A program made the translations under genes and the position numbers. The notes under the pieces are model-generated. The model did no database searches and was not told where the DNA came from. It saw only the letters and a list, made by a program, of their open reading frames with translations. A stretch of 64,000 nt of DNA from Candidatus Eiseniibacteriota bacterium (GTDB lineage: Bacteria; ARS69), in contig JBQTGV010000058.1 of the NCBI GenBank assembly GCA_052390515.1, forward strand, positions 27,924 to 91,923, read 5' to 3'. Of this stretch, positions 19,724-30,141 are shown in pieces. How positions within the stretch are numbered: the first letter of the stretch is position 1; every line of letters starts with the position of its first letter.

Positions 19724-20134
19724 TCACGAGAACTTCGAGAGGACCTCGGGAGGCGGCGCCGTCGGCTCGAACGCGAGCGAGGCGGGAAGGGCGGGCGGTG
19801 CTTCGGCGAAGACCGGCTCGGGCGCGGGAGGAACCAGGCGCGCGGGACAGGCGATCACGCTGATCCCGCACTGACAGGCGATGCACAGGTTGCAGGCGGG
19901 GGGGCCGGCCGCCGCGGCGTCGGGTCCGGCCGCGTCGGTGCAGGGGGTGGCATCGGCGCAAGGCGCGGTGCAGCAGCCATCGAGCGGCCCGCCGGCGTTG
20001 CAGGCCACGCTGCCGGCCTCGTCCGGCATCCAGCAGATCGTGCCGTCGAGTCCGACGAGACGCGGAACGGGACTCGCGGCGGTGAGAGTCGCCGCGAGAA
20101 ACCAGACGATCCAGGGGGTCGGGATCCGGTCCAT
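19724..20134 (-). CDS. Cys-rich protein with hydrophobic N-terminus and Pro-rich C-terminus (DUF2946-like architecture)
   Basis: ATG at 20134; CC, CNLC and CQC clusters; ends ...FEPTAPPPEVLSKFS. Confidence 0.6.
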   Translation of the reverse strand: MDRIPTPWIVWFLAATLTAASPVPRLVGLDGTICWMPDEAGSVACNAGGPLDGCCTAPCADATPCTDAAGPDAAAAGPPACNLCIACQCGISVIACPARLVPPAPEPVFAEAPPALPASLAFEPTAPPPEVLSKFS

Positions 20135-20274
20135 TCCGCCTCTCGTCGATGGGGCCTGTACCCCGCTCCGCCGGGCGGGTTCCCGATTCGCGGGCATCTT
20201 CGGCACCGCGCGCGGGGACGACGATCCTCGGGCTTGTCCCGGGACCGCGGAGGGGACTGTGCTAGGGTGAAGGG

Positions 20275-21564
20275 ATGAGAGTCCCCCCCGCGGTGCTCCA
20301 GGCGGCTCGGCCGGCCTTCGCGGCGTTCCTGGCGACCTTTGCCCGGCTCGTGGCGTCGGCGCTGCCACCGGCCTTCACCCCGGTCCTGGCTCTCGCCCTC
20401 GGCCCGGCCGCCCCCGCGGACGCTCAGCCCCGCCCGGAGATCGGGATCGTCTCCGGGCTCGTCTTCCCGGACGAGGACGTCACCGGCGGCGGGAATGGCA
20501 CGAGCGATTTCGAGCCGTCGCTCGGCATCTACGCGGGTCTCCCCCGCGGGGATCACTGGGCCCTCTTCGGCGAGGGCCTGTGGTCCCGCTTCGACTCCTC
20601 GCGTCCCGACGGCGACGTCTCCTACGTCGAGGCGCGCGGCGGTGCCCGCGTCTTTCCCTTCGGGATGGCGCCTCGGTACGCGCTCTTCGCCGAGGTGGCG
20701 GCCGGCTGGATGCGTCTGGACCTCGCCAATCGGGTCTTCGCCGTGGACCGGCCCTTCGCCTCCGTCGGCGTCGGCCAGCGGTTCCACCTGGGCGATCGCT
20801 TCGCGTTGCACTGGGAGACGAGGCTCTCGCGGACCGCGGCCGACGACGGGGATCCCATCCAGGCCGGCATCGGCCAGCCCACGGTCCTGATCGGGCTTTC
20901 CGTCGGGCTGGGCGAAGGCCAGCGCGACCGGGACCGGGACGGCATCACCGACCGCCGCGACGTCTGTCCCGACACGCCGCGCGGTGCCCAGGTCGACGCG
21001 AACGGTTGCCCGCTCGACGGCGACCGCGACGGCGTCTTCGACGGGCTGGACCGCTGCCCCGACACGCCGCGCGGCGTGCCGATCGACAGCCTGGGCTGTT
21101 CCGACACCATCGACAGCGACGGCGACGGCGTCCCCGACGGCATCGACCGCTGCCCCGGCACGCCCGCCGACGTGAGCGTGGACGCGTGGGGATGCGAGCG
21201 GGCCGAGCTCCTCACCCTTCCGTTGCCGCGCGTTCTCGCGGGCGTGCGCTTCGAGCCGGGCAGCGTGCACCTTCTCGAGGGCTCGATCGAGGCCCTGGAC
21301 CGCGCCGCGCAGGCGCTGCAGTCCTTCCCGGAGGATCACTTCGAGGTGGCCGGGCACACCGACTCGTCCGGGGACGCCGCCGAGAACCGCGCGCTCTCGC
21401 AGCGGCGCGCGGAAATGGTGCGCGCGCAGCTGATCGCGCGGGGAGTGAGCCCGGCCCGGCTGACCGCGCGGGGTTACGGCGAGGAGCAGCCGCTCGCCGA
21501 CAACGGCACCGAGGAGGGACGCGAGGCGAACCGGCGCGTCGAGCTCCGCCGGATCGACGAGTGA
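20275..21564 (+). CDS. OmpA-family protein (beta-barrel, thrombospondin type-3 repeats, OmpA C-domain)
   Basis: DxDxDGxxD..D.CP repeats; GHTD, LS.RRA, GYGE and NRRVE motifs. Confidence 0.92.
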   Translation: MRVPPAVLQAARPAFAAFLATFARLVASALPPAFTPVLALALGPAAPADAQPRPEIGIVSGLVFPDEDVTGGGNGTSDFEPSLGIYAGLPRGDHWALFGEGLWSRFDSSRPDGDVSYVEARGGARVFPFGMAPRYALFAEVAAGWMRLDLANRVFAVDRPFASVGVGQRFHLGDRFALHWETRLSRTAADDGDPIQAGIGQPTVLIGLSVGLGEGQRDRDRDGITDRRDVCPDTPRGAQVDANGCPLDGDRDGVFDGLDRCPDTPRGVPIDSLGCSDTIDSDGDGVPDGIDRCPGTPADVSVDAWGCERAELLTLPLPRVLAGVRFEPGSVHLLEGSIEALDRAAQALQSFPEDHFEVAGHTDSSGDAAENRALSQRRAEMVRAQLIARGVSPARLTARGYGEEQPLADNGTEEGREANRRVELRRIDE

Positions 21565-22463
21565 AGGACTTCGTCAAGCAACGCTGGTTGCAGATGCGCG
21601 CGCCGCGGCCGCACGGGCCGACGGTGGCTGACGTGCAGCGCGCGCTCGCCGCGTTCGAGCGCGTCGCCGGACCTTCGCCCTTCGCCGACGACGGCGACGA
21701 CCCCGTGTTCCTGCTGGCGGTGAGCTGGCGGACCGGCTCGACGCTCCTGCAGCGCGTGCTCATGACCGACCCTTCGCTCCTCGTGTGGGGCGAGCCGTGG
21801 GGGCGGATGGCGCTGCTGCCGCGGCTGACCGAGGCGGTCCGGGCGCTCGGCGAGGACTGGCCGCCGACGAGGTACCTGATCACGGAGATGACCGCCGACC
21901 CGACGCAGACGTTTCTCGCCGCCGACTTGTACCCGCCGGGGCAGGACTTCCGCGCGGGCCTCCGCGAGATGCTGGGGCGATGGCTGGCAGCTCCGGCGCG
22001 GGAGCGTGGTTACCGCCGGTGGGGCTTCAAGGAGGTGCGGCTCGGCGCCGCCGAAGCGTGCCTGCTGCACTGGCTGTACCCCAAGGCGAGGTTCCTCGCG
22101 TTGCTGCGAAACCCGCTGCACGCCTACCGCTCCTGCAAGAACTGGAACCTCTGGTACCGCTGGCCGGAGTCTCCGGTGTCGTCGGCGGCGGCGTTCGGCC
22201 GCCACTGGAGCCGCCTGGCCATGAGCTGGAAGGACGCGCCGCCGGACTTCCCGGTCCGCGTCGTCAAGTACGAGGACGTGGCGTCGGGCGCGCTCGACTT
22301 CCGGGCGCTGGAGGCGGAGCTCGGTCTGCGTCTCGACGAGGCGAAGGCCCTCGGCGCGCGCGTCGGGGCGAGGCCCAATCCGGCGGTGCTGACGCGCACG
22401 GAGGCGGCGGTGCTCGCCGAGGAGGCCCGCGAAGGCATGGCGGCGTGGGACTACGGGGCTTGA
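21561..22463 (+). CDS. PAPS-dependent sulfotransferase family protein
   Basis: 'PVFLL..WRTGSTLLQR', WGFKEVR, RNP..AY.S and KYED motifs. GTG start overlaps the OmpA stop. Confidence 0.85.
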   Translation: MKDFVKQRWLQMRAPRPHGPTVADVQRALAAFERVAGPSPFADDGDDPVFLLAVSWRTGSTLLQRVLMTDPSLLVWGEPWGRMALLPRLTEAVRALGEDWPPTRYLITEMTADPTQTFLAADLYPPGQDFRAGLREMLGRWLAAPARERGYRRWGFKEVRLGAAEACLLHWLYPKARFLALLRNPLHAYRSCKNWNLWYRWPESPVSSAAAFGRHWSRLAMSWKDAPPDFPVRVVKYEDVASGALDFRALEAELGLRLDEAKALGARVGARPNPAVLTRTEAAVLAEEAREGMAAWDYGA

Positions 22464-22545
22464 GCCGTGCGGACCGCCTTCGGGCCGGGCCGGCTGCAGT
22501 CCGCCGGCAACGACTACCGGTCGCTCGACAGAACGAGGCGGCCCT

Positions 22546-23100
22546 TCACTTCCGCGGCCTCGGAGGAGTCGTGCGGTAGTGTACTTCCACACTGGCTGAC
22601 GCGAAGCTCTCGAGCCGGCTCAGCTCCGCTGTGGATAGGCCCGCTGTCCTCGTGGCCGGATCGGTGGTCACGATGAACCCGTAGGCCGGCATCCTGGACT
22701 GCAGCACCTCCTTCATGATCGAGGTCACGTCGATCGAGACGGTGCCCGTCTGCGCCAGATCCACCTCCGCTCGGGCGAACACCGTCTCCTCGAAGTCCCC
22801 GCCGGCCCGCGACCAGCCGGACGTCCAGCCGGCGGCGGCTGCGCTCCACTGGGTCGTCACCGGGTGAATCCGCAGGCGAAGAACGCCAGCCTGCCCTGTC
22901 CCGCTCAGGTCCAGCGTGAGCGTCGCCTCCGCGATGGAGAAGTCCCCAGACGGACCGGATCCGTCCAGGTTGAACAGGATCCGGTTGCTTCCCCGGCCAT
23001 CTTGGATCGTAGACACGTCCTTGATCCCGCACGTGAACAGGCCCGGCACTCCGGACGTCGTCATGATCAGTCCCGCTGCCAGGGTCAGGAGTGTCTTCAT
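22546..23100 (-). CDS. Secreted hypothetical protein (DNRLRE-like domain)
   Basis: Signal peptide; 'R.L.F.L...I..ATLTL...V...W.....W...GGD...DVT...GF' pattern. ATG overlaps the upstream TAA. Confidence 0.6.
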   Translation of the reverse strand: MKTLLTLAAGLIMTTSGVPGLFTCGIKDVSTIQDGRGSNRILFNLDGSGPSGDFSIAEATLTLDLSGTGQAGVLRLRIHPVTTQWSAAAAGWTSGWSRAGGDFEETVFARAEVDLAQTGTVSIDVTSIMKEVLQSRMPAYGFIVTTDPATRTAGLSTAELSRLESFASASVEVHYRTTPPRPRK

Positions 23101-24422
23101 TTGTAACCCTCCTTGATCTTCCCCCAGGAAGTGCGCTCCACGGAGACGGTCCCGCAACCCTGATCCTGTGCGCCGATGAGCCCGCAGCCGAGCGAGTTCG
23201 CCGGAAGGCAGGGGGAGGTGTCGAAGACGGTGAGATCCCCGCTCGGCGCGTCGCAGTACTGGGGGTCGACGATCCGATCCGTGAGATCCAGCCCGAAGTT
23301 GAGAGTGTTTCCGCCGGCGTTGTTCCAATAGACGTTGCAGCCCTTCGTGACGGCTCCCCCCGTCAGCTTGTAGACCGCCTGAGCGCCGATCGATCCGGTG
23401 ATCAGGTTGTTGGTGAAGGTCACCGAGCCGAAGTCCAGGTAGACCGCGCTGCCGGGCAAGAGAGAACCGTTGGCTTCGAAGGTGCAGCCGGTCAACGTCC
23501 CGGCTCCTCCGATGGCGCCCGCGAACACGGCACCGGCAGCCTGACCGGGCGCCTGATTCCGCCAGAACACGCAGTCCAGGATCGACCAGGGTCCGGCGGC
23601 GCCGATGGCGATGGCGCCTCCCGAGGAGATCGCCGTGTTGCCCTCGAAGTAGCAGTCCGTGATGGTGATGCCGGCCTCGTAGTCATTGATGTTGATGGCG
23701 CCGCCACCGCCGGAACCCGTCTCGGCGTTGTTGAGGAACACCGAGTTTCGGATCACCGCTTGCTCGGGGACGCCGAGGTCGGCTCCTTGCAGACCGATGG
23801 CCCGCTCCACGCAGTTCCTGAAGTCGCACGCGTCCACGGTCAGATCGGCTTCAAGCACTGAGATTCCTGCGGGAAAGCCCACCAGATCGGTAAAGACGCA
23901 GGAAGTCACGTCGACATCCGTGTACCGCGATGACAGGGCTGCGGAGTATGGACCTCCCATGTCTCGGAACACGCAGTCACGGAAGGTGACCCGTTCGGAA
24001 TCCACAACAAACGCGCCCGCCCTGTCGGTCGGCACACCCGTCACCGTAAACCCCTCGACCATTGTCTGCCCGGAGAGAAGCTGCTCCCCGTAGATGACGT
24101 TCGCCTGGAACACAGCCGCCTGCTGCATGTCGATGGTGGTGACCTCGGGTCCGCCCTCGGAGAGGAGCATCACCCCATCCGCGAGGAACACGCAGGCGTG
24201 CCTCTGAAAGCCGTGGAAGATACGCTGCGTGTAGTCGGTGTAGATGCCCGGAGCCACCAGAACGCTGTCGCCCGCGGTACTGGCATCGATCGCGGCCTGG
24301 ATCGTGGCGTACTCGCTCGGGACGCGGCGCACCACCGCCCAGCCCTCTACCCCGTAGAGCAGGAGGAGGGTGGCGGTCAGCGTAGCCGAGTACGGTTTCG
24401 GAAGCCTCATCGCGGTCCTCAT
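23097..24422 (-). CDS. Secreted right-handed beta-helix protein with C-terminal 'SWGKIK' motif
   Basis: 'VPSEYATIQAAID..GD.VLVAPG.Y', F..N.A..GGA repeats, DPQYCD, SPCLP; ends VSVERTSWGKIKEGYK. Confidence 0.85.
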   Translation of the reverse strand: MRTAMRLPKPYSATLTATLLLLYGVEGWAVVRRVPSEYATIQAAIDASTAGDSVLVAPGIYTDYTQRIFHGFQRHACVFLADGVMLLSEGGPEVTTIDMQQAAVFQANVIYGEQLLSGQTMVEGFTVTGVPTDRAGAFVVDSERVTFRDCVFRDMGGPYSAALSSRYTDVDVTSCVFTDLVGFPAGISVLEADLTVDACDFRNCVERAIGLQGADLGVPEQAVIRNSVFLNNAETGSGGGGAININDYEAGITITDCYFEGNTAISSGGAIAIGAAGPWSILDCVFWRNQAPGQAAGAVFAGAIGGAGTLTGCTFEANGSLLPGSAVYLDFGSVTFTNNLITGSIGAQAVYKLTGGAVTKGCNVYWNNAGGNTLNFGLDLTDRIVDPQYCDAPSGDLTVFDTSPCLPANSLGCGLIGAQDQGCGTVSVERTSWGKIKEGYK

Positions 24423-27400
24423 CTCACTAGCACCAGCTTCTTGGTTACGCGGAAGGAGGGTCCCTCGGCTCGCACGAAGTAAGCTCCCGCGGCCACCCGC
24501 TGCCCCGAAGCGTCGGTCCCGTTCCACTGGATCCGGTGGTACCCTGGCGCCAAGATCTGATCCAATGGTACCGCAACCCGCCGGCCGGTTACGTCGAAGA
24601 CTTCCAGCCGGAAGGGACCGACGTTCTCGGGCGCCACGGCCAGGACCATCTCCGCCGCCCCCCGCATGGGATTCGCGAAGGGCGCACCCAGCGAGGTCCG
24701 ATCGGGGATGATGGCATGGGTCCCGGTGGCGTCCTCCACCGGTGCGCTTCCCGGCCCAGCCACGATCCTCCCGACCTGCGGAGGCCCGGACATCCTGAAG
24801 TACGTGGGGTTAGTGTCGCTGGACTGGATGGGGGTGATCTGGAAGTGATTCTCGCCCCCCGAAGGATCGGGAACGAGCCGCGGGTTGATCTTCGTCGTCT
24901 GCTTCGAGCTCAAGCTCAAGAAGTCCTCGTTACCCTGCGAGTCGACCAGATACCAGTAGCAGTCTCTGGCATCGAGCTTCACGCTCGTGCCCGTGTCGGG
25001 GTCTTCGTTTCGAATGAACTTCACGTTCTGGTCCAGCACCATGAGCCCGTTGTGACCGCGACCGGCCGCGCCGTTACCGAGTTTGGTCTTCGCCTTACTG
25101 TTCGTGCGAGCCACCTCTTTACCCGCTTGGAGCCGCACCTCCAGCCAGTTCGCCTTGAAGCTGACCGCCGGACCGACCACCGTACTGTCCCGGCTCACCT
25201 CCACGCCGCGGTATGAACTCACCACGTTGTTGCTGTCCGCCCGCACGTCCTCGGTCTGGAGGAATTCCATGCCGGCAAAGCCGAAGTCCTGGATGTAGTT
25301 CCTCACGACCTCGATCGTTCGTTCGTCCGTCCCGCAGACCCAGTTCGCTTTGACCCCCGAGTAGGTACCGGCCGTAGTCACGCCGGGGCCAATCACATGG
25401 TTCCCTGCGATTCTCAGTGTCGCCGTGTTCGACGGCGCCGTGCTGCACCAGGAGTTGCCGAAGTAAGCTTCGATCGCGGCACTCGTGACCGAGCCCCCCT
25501 GCACGCCGAAGATGTCGATCTCGTTGTCCAAGACCTGAAGCGCCGCTGCTTGGTCCACGAAGACACCCGTGTCCCCGGCGCTGCCGGGGCTGATCGTCCC
25601 CCGGATGATCGTATTCGACTCGACGATTCCTCCCTGACCCAGCGACCCATCCACCCACACGCCGATCCCCGCGAAGTGGTGGATCCTCGAATGCCGCACC
25701 GTCGTCAGCGAGTCCGGGAAGAACACGTACAGCGGGTTCCAGGCATACCCGATGTCCGCGTACTCGATCACGCTGCCGCCGTAGACGCTCTGGTCAAGGA
25801 GGATCCCACCCCAGTTGGTCGCCGCGCTCGTCTGCGTCTGCGGGCGGAAGTAGACGGTGTCTCCGCTCGCCGTGCTTCCGGTGGTGAACAGCTTCCCTGA
25901 AACGATGAGGTCCACCCTCCCCGGAGTGCCGTACCCCATGTCCGCTCCCGCGCGCACGCTGTCCGCGGCGACCACGTTGGTCGGCCCGTCGAGGTCCCAG
26001 ATCCCCGGAAATGGATCGACGTGATGCGTGGAGTCAGGACCCGTCCGGTCCCACACGCCGTACGGCAACACCACGTCCGTGCTATCGAGGTAGATGTGCT
26101 TCGCCGGGCTGCCGCCGATGTTCTTGAACTGGACGTCCGCCAGGTTCGGCGCAATGAGGTTCTCGATCGAGACGCCCCGGACCGCGTCGCGAACAGTGGC
26201 GTTCGAGATCGACGAGAGAGGCTCCTCTGAGCCGACGTAGCCGTAGCCCGTCCAGGTCGCCCCGATCAGGTCCATGCGGATCCCGTACCAGCCGTTCGCC
26301 GCCGTGGTGTCCACGCCGCGGAACTCGATGGGTTCGTTCGCCGTACCGTCCGCGAGCAGGGTCCCCTGAACGATCAGCTCGACGAGACTCGTGTCCTTCC
26401 CGCCCGCAAGCCGGTCCGTGCTGTCCGCCGCCACCACCATGGTCCCGGGCTTGATCTCCAGCGTGCAGCCCGGCGCCACGTAGAAGTCCGCATCCAGCGA
26501 GACGAGGCCCTCCCAGACCTGCTTCCCAGCCATCACGCTGTCCGCGATCGGGTAGCCGGCCCGCGCCCATGCTTCGTTCGTGTTCTGAGCGTCCCGAGCC
26601 GTGAACGTCATCCAGGTGGTGTCGTGGCTGGCGACGAACCACCCCCGCTGGGAGTCCTTCGGGCCGTCGGCGAAGTCCGCCGTCACCATGGAGGGAACCG
26701 ACCAACCGTCGGGAGTGTCGGGCATTTCCGACGTCGCATCGAATGGATCCTGCGGAACCGCCGTGGTCACGTACTTATGCCAGATCTGATCCAGCGACGT
26801 GGTGTCGGGTTTGGCCGCCCAAATGAGGTGCCAAGTCCCGTCATCCGTGCGCAACAGCTGCATGTCGTGCGCGTTCACTCCGGACGGAGTGAGTTGCCTG
26901 GTGTTGTCCACGTCGAGCTCAGTCGAGTCCGGATACGGTGGGTCGACGTCCACCCGGTGAATGAACACGGGGCCACCGACCATCCTCCAGAGGAAGTACA
27001 GGAAACTCCCCTCCTCCACCAGCCAATCGATCCCCTCCGGATCTCCCCCAGACTCAGCGAATCCCTGGAAGTCGTCCGGCTGATGGTCCGTCAGGAGCAC
27101 TCGGCTGGCGGTGTCCTGCCATGCGCCGCCGCGCTGCCCCGGCATGCCCCAGAAGTGCCGCCACAGAACGGTGTCGTCACCGGGATTCTCTTCGAAGACC
27201 TGCCTCCCCCACATGTGCACCGTGCCGTTCGCGTCACGCAACAGCGTGCGAATCCCTGCCGCCAGCATGGTGGGGCCGCCCTGAGTGTGCCTCTGATACC
27301 CCTCGGTCGCGAACGTCTCCTTCGGCCAAGCGCTACCTGCGTCCGGCGTATCCACCGCCTTCTTCGTGTACACCATCCAGTGCTCTGCGGGCGTGCAGGA

Positions 27401-28039
27401 CGACGAGTCCGCATCGTGGGAGATGGCCACGTGGATCGAGTCCGCATCTCCGCTCCGCTCCAGGAAAAGCTGCGGCCCGTGTTCGCGACGGGGGCATTGG
27501 GAGATGCCTGCCGTCAGTGTGTCCGATAGCACCACTGCGGTGTCGGGGGCCCAGCTTGGCCGATCTTTGACCTTGTACCCGATCGCCGGGTACGCGGACG
27601 AGTCGCCGTAGGCCTGATGATGGAAGATCTCGAAGGCCACGTGCACCTCGTCGTTTCGGTCCACCACCATGTCGAAGTCCTGTCCCCTCAGGCTGTCACC
27701 GCTCGGAGACTGCACACCGGTAAGAAGATCCCGCTCATCCTCCCACGCCTCCACCCAGGCCGCGGAATCCAGATCGGAACCGACCTCGATGTACCAGCCC
27801 ACCGCACCATCGCCGCCACAATGCACAGATCCAGGGTTCACACACTCCCGAAGCACGTGATGAATCCGGCGACTGCCGGCCTTGCTCCAGGAAGGCTGAA
27901 CATTGGGCGAGCAGCCGTAGGTCGTGTTGCTGATCTGCACGGCCGGCTGCCACATGTAACTCGAACTGGTCGTTTCTGCGCGGATCAGGATCAGGATGAG
28001 TGCGAAGGTGCAGGCGGCGGTGAGTGAGGTTCGTGACAT
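24419..28039 (-). CDS. Large secreted protein (propeller-like N-terminus, beta-helix, C-terminal FlgD-like Ig domain)
   Basis: Signal peptide; 'L.V.GTL.A.GT...PI.F....W.GI' motifs; ends 'NP...VFDVTGRRV...WNGTDASGQRVAAGAYFVR...KKLVLVR'. Confidence 0.85.
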   Translation of the reverse strand: MSRTSLTAACTFALILILIRAETTSSSYMWQPAVQISNTTYGCSPNVQPSWSKAGSRRIHHVLRECVNPGSVHCGGDGAVGWYIEVGSDLDSAAWVEAWEDERDLLTGVQSPSGDSLRGQDFDMVVDRNDEVHVAFEIFHHQAYGDSSAYPAIGYKVKDRPSWAPDTAVVLSDTLTAGISQCPRREHGPQLFLERSGDADSIHVAISHDADSSSCTPAEHWMVYTKKAVDTPDAGSAWPKETFATEGYQRHTQGGPTMLAAGIRTLLRDANGTVHMWGRQVFEENPGDDTVLWRHFWGMPGQRGGAWQDTASRVLLTDHQPDDFQGFAESGGDPEGIDWLVEEGSFLYFLWRMVGGPVFIHRVDVDPPYPDSTELDVDNTRQLTPSGVNAHDMQLLRTDDGTWHLIWAAKPDTTSLDQIWHKYVTTAVPQDPFDATSEMPDTPDGWSVPSMVTADFADGPKDSQRGWFVASHDTTWMTFTARDAQNTNEAWARAGYPIADSVMAGKQVWEGLVSLDADFYVAPGCTLEIKPGTMVVAADSTDRLAGGKDTSLVELIVQGTLLADGTANEPIEFRGVDTTAANGWYGIRMDLIGATWTGYGYVGSEEPLSSISNATVRDAVRGVSIENLIAPNLADVQFKNIGGSPAKHIYLDSTDVVLPYGVWDRTGPDSTHHVDPFPGIWDLDGPTNVVAADSVRAGADMGYGTPGRVDLIVSGKLFTTGSTASGDTVYFRPQTQTSAATNWGGILLDQSVYGGSVIEYADIGYAWNPLYVFFPDSLTTVRHSRIHHFAGIGVWVDGSLGQGGIVESNTIIRGTISPGSAGDTGVFVDQAAALQVLDNEIDIFGVQGGSVTSAAIEAYFGNSWCSTAPSNTATLRIAGNHVIGPGVTTAGTYSGVKANWVCGTDERTIEVVRNYIQDFGFAGMEFLQTEDVRADSNNVVSSYRGVEVSRDSTVVGPAVSFKANWLEVRLQAGKEVARTNSKAKTKLGNGAAGRGHNGLMVLDQNVKFIRNEDPDTGTSVKLDARDCYWYLVDSQGNEDFLSLSSKQTTKINPRLVPDPSGGENHFQITPIQSSDTNPTYFRMSGPPQVGRIVAGPGSAPVEDATGTHAIIPDRTSLGAPFANPMRGAAEMVLAVAPENVGPFRLEVFDVTGRRVAVPLDQILAPGYHRIQWNGTDASGQRVAAGAYFVRAEGPSFRVTKKLVLVR

Positions 28040-28307
28040 GACAGTCCCCCGGCTCGAGTGCCCAGCCTGGGACACGTCCCGCCGCGGGATCCCTGCTCGC
28101 GGGACGCGCCCGCTTGGTCAGCACCTCCGACGGGGGATTGCCGGAGATACATCAATGATCTGTCGCTGACCTGGAACCAATCTACTTCCGGGGGGGCCGC
28201 GTCAAGGGACCGGCGGGGGGGCGTAGTTGGGAGGCAAACTGACCACTACGACGCAGCAGATTCACCGCTCGGACCCGCGCGGACGCCGCCGACCACCGAG
28301 TCCCGTC

Positions 28308-29377
<1,070 letters not shown>

Positions 29378-29381
<4 letters not shown>

Positions 29382-29713
29382 ATGGACACCTTGGCCAGCG
29401 CGTTCTTCATCTGCACGCCGTGCACGAGGGACGCGCCGCCTCGGATCGCGTTGGCGACGTGGATGGCCTCGGTCATCTGCTCGAGGTTGGAGCCCTTCTC
29501 GAGAGCGGCTTGAGTGTACGCGTCGATACAGTAGGGGCACTGCACCGCCGACGCCACCGCCAGGGCGATGAGCGCCTTCTCCCGCTCGGAGAGTGCGCCC
29601 TCCTCGAAAACGGCGCCGTAGTACTCCATGAACTTCTGCCAGAGCTCCTGGCTCCCCTCGGCCATCTCCGCGAAGCGGGCGAGGTCGGCCGGATCGTAGT
29701 AGGTCTCCTTCAT
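29378..29713 (-). CDS. AhpD/CMD-family peroxidase-like partner of ArsS
   Basis: 'REKALIALAVA..VQCPYCIDAY' and 'IRGGASLVHGVQM' motifs. Confidence 0.88.
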
Positions 29714-29784
29714 GCGGGTCTCCCGGGTTGGCGTGGAGCGGCGGTAGTCTACCATCCACCGCGGCGCGGGGCGGAAGGCCGGGT

Positions 29785-30066
29785 AGTGGGTCGGCTTGGA
29801 GCGCGCGCGACGGGGCGCGAGGCCAAGGAGCCTGGCCCGGGCTCAGACAGTCCTCGCGACGCGTCGTCCCGAGGAGGGGGCCCGCGCGAGTGCCGCAGCG
29901 GGTGCGCAGGTCACCCGAGTCATGGGGCTCGTCAACAGGATCCCTGCGCACCCGCGAGGACTGTCTGAGCCCGGGCCCCATCCTAGGGACGACGTGTCGC
30001 TGCGGAACTCGCGCGGGCGAGACCCCCGACCTCGCACCGGTGGCGCGCGCTCCACGCTGACCCACT
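29785..30066 (+). ncRNA. Putative structured RNA (or ssDNA) element: long rod with two mutually complementary internal loops
   Basis: Five complementary segment pairs (see findings). The non-Watson-Crick pairs include G-U wobbles on the + strand. No recognised Rfam family; transcription is not shown. Confidence 0.55.
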
Positions 30067-30084
30067 GTCGACGCGACGCTCTCG

Positions 30085-30113
30085 TTGACAGCGGTCGGCT
30101 CGCCGTCGATCAT
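30085..30113 (+). promoter_or_regulatory. Candidate sigma70 promoter for the 30142 gene
   Basis: TTGACA-N17-GATCAT, then a GAGGAGG RBS before the ATG at 30142. Confidence 0.45.
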
Positions 30114-30141
30114 CGCGCCGGACGGGTCGAGGAGGGGTGCG

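Noticed and set aside
28179-28205. TTGACG...TAGATT promoter for the secreted-protein cassette
   Set aside because: The spacer is only 15 nt.
29785-30066. Identification as 6S RNA, SRP, RNase P, tmRNA, CRISPR or an IS110 bridge RNA
   Set aside because: It lacks the hallmark motifs or repeat-spacer periodicity of these families, and there is no recombinase or transposase in the window. A covariance-model search is still needed.
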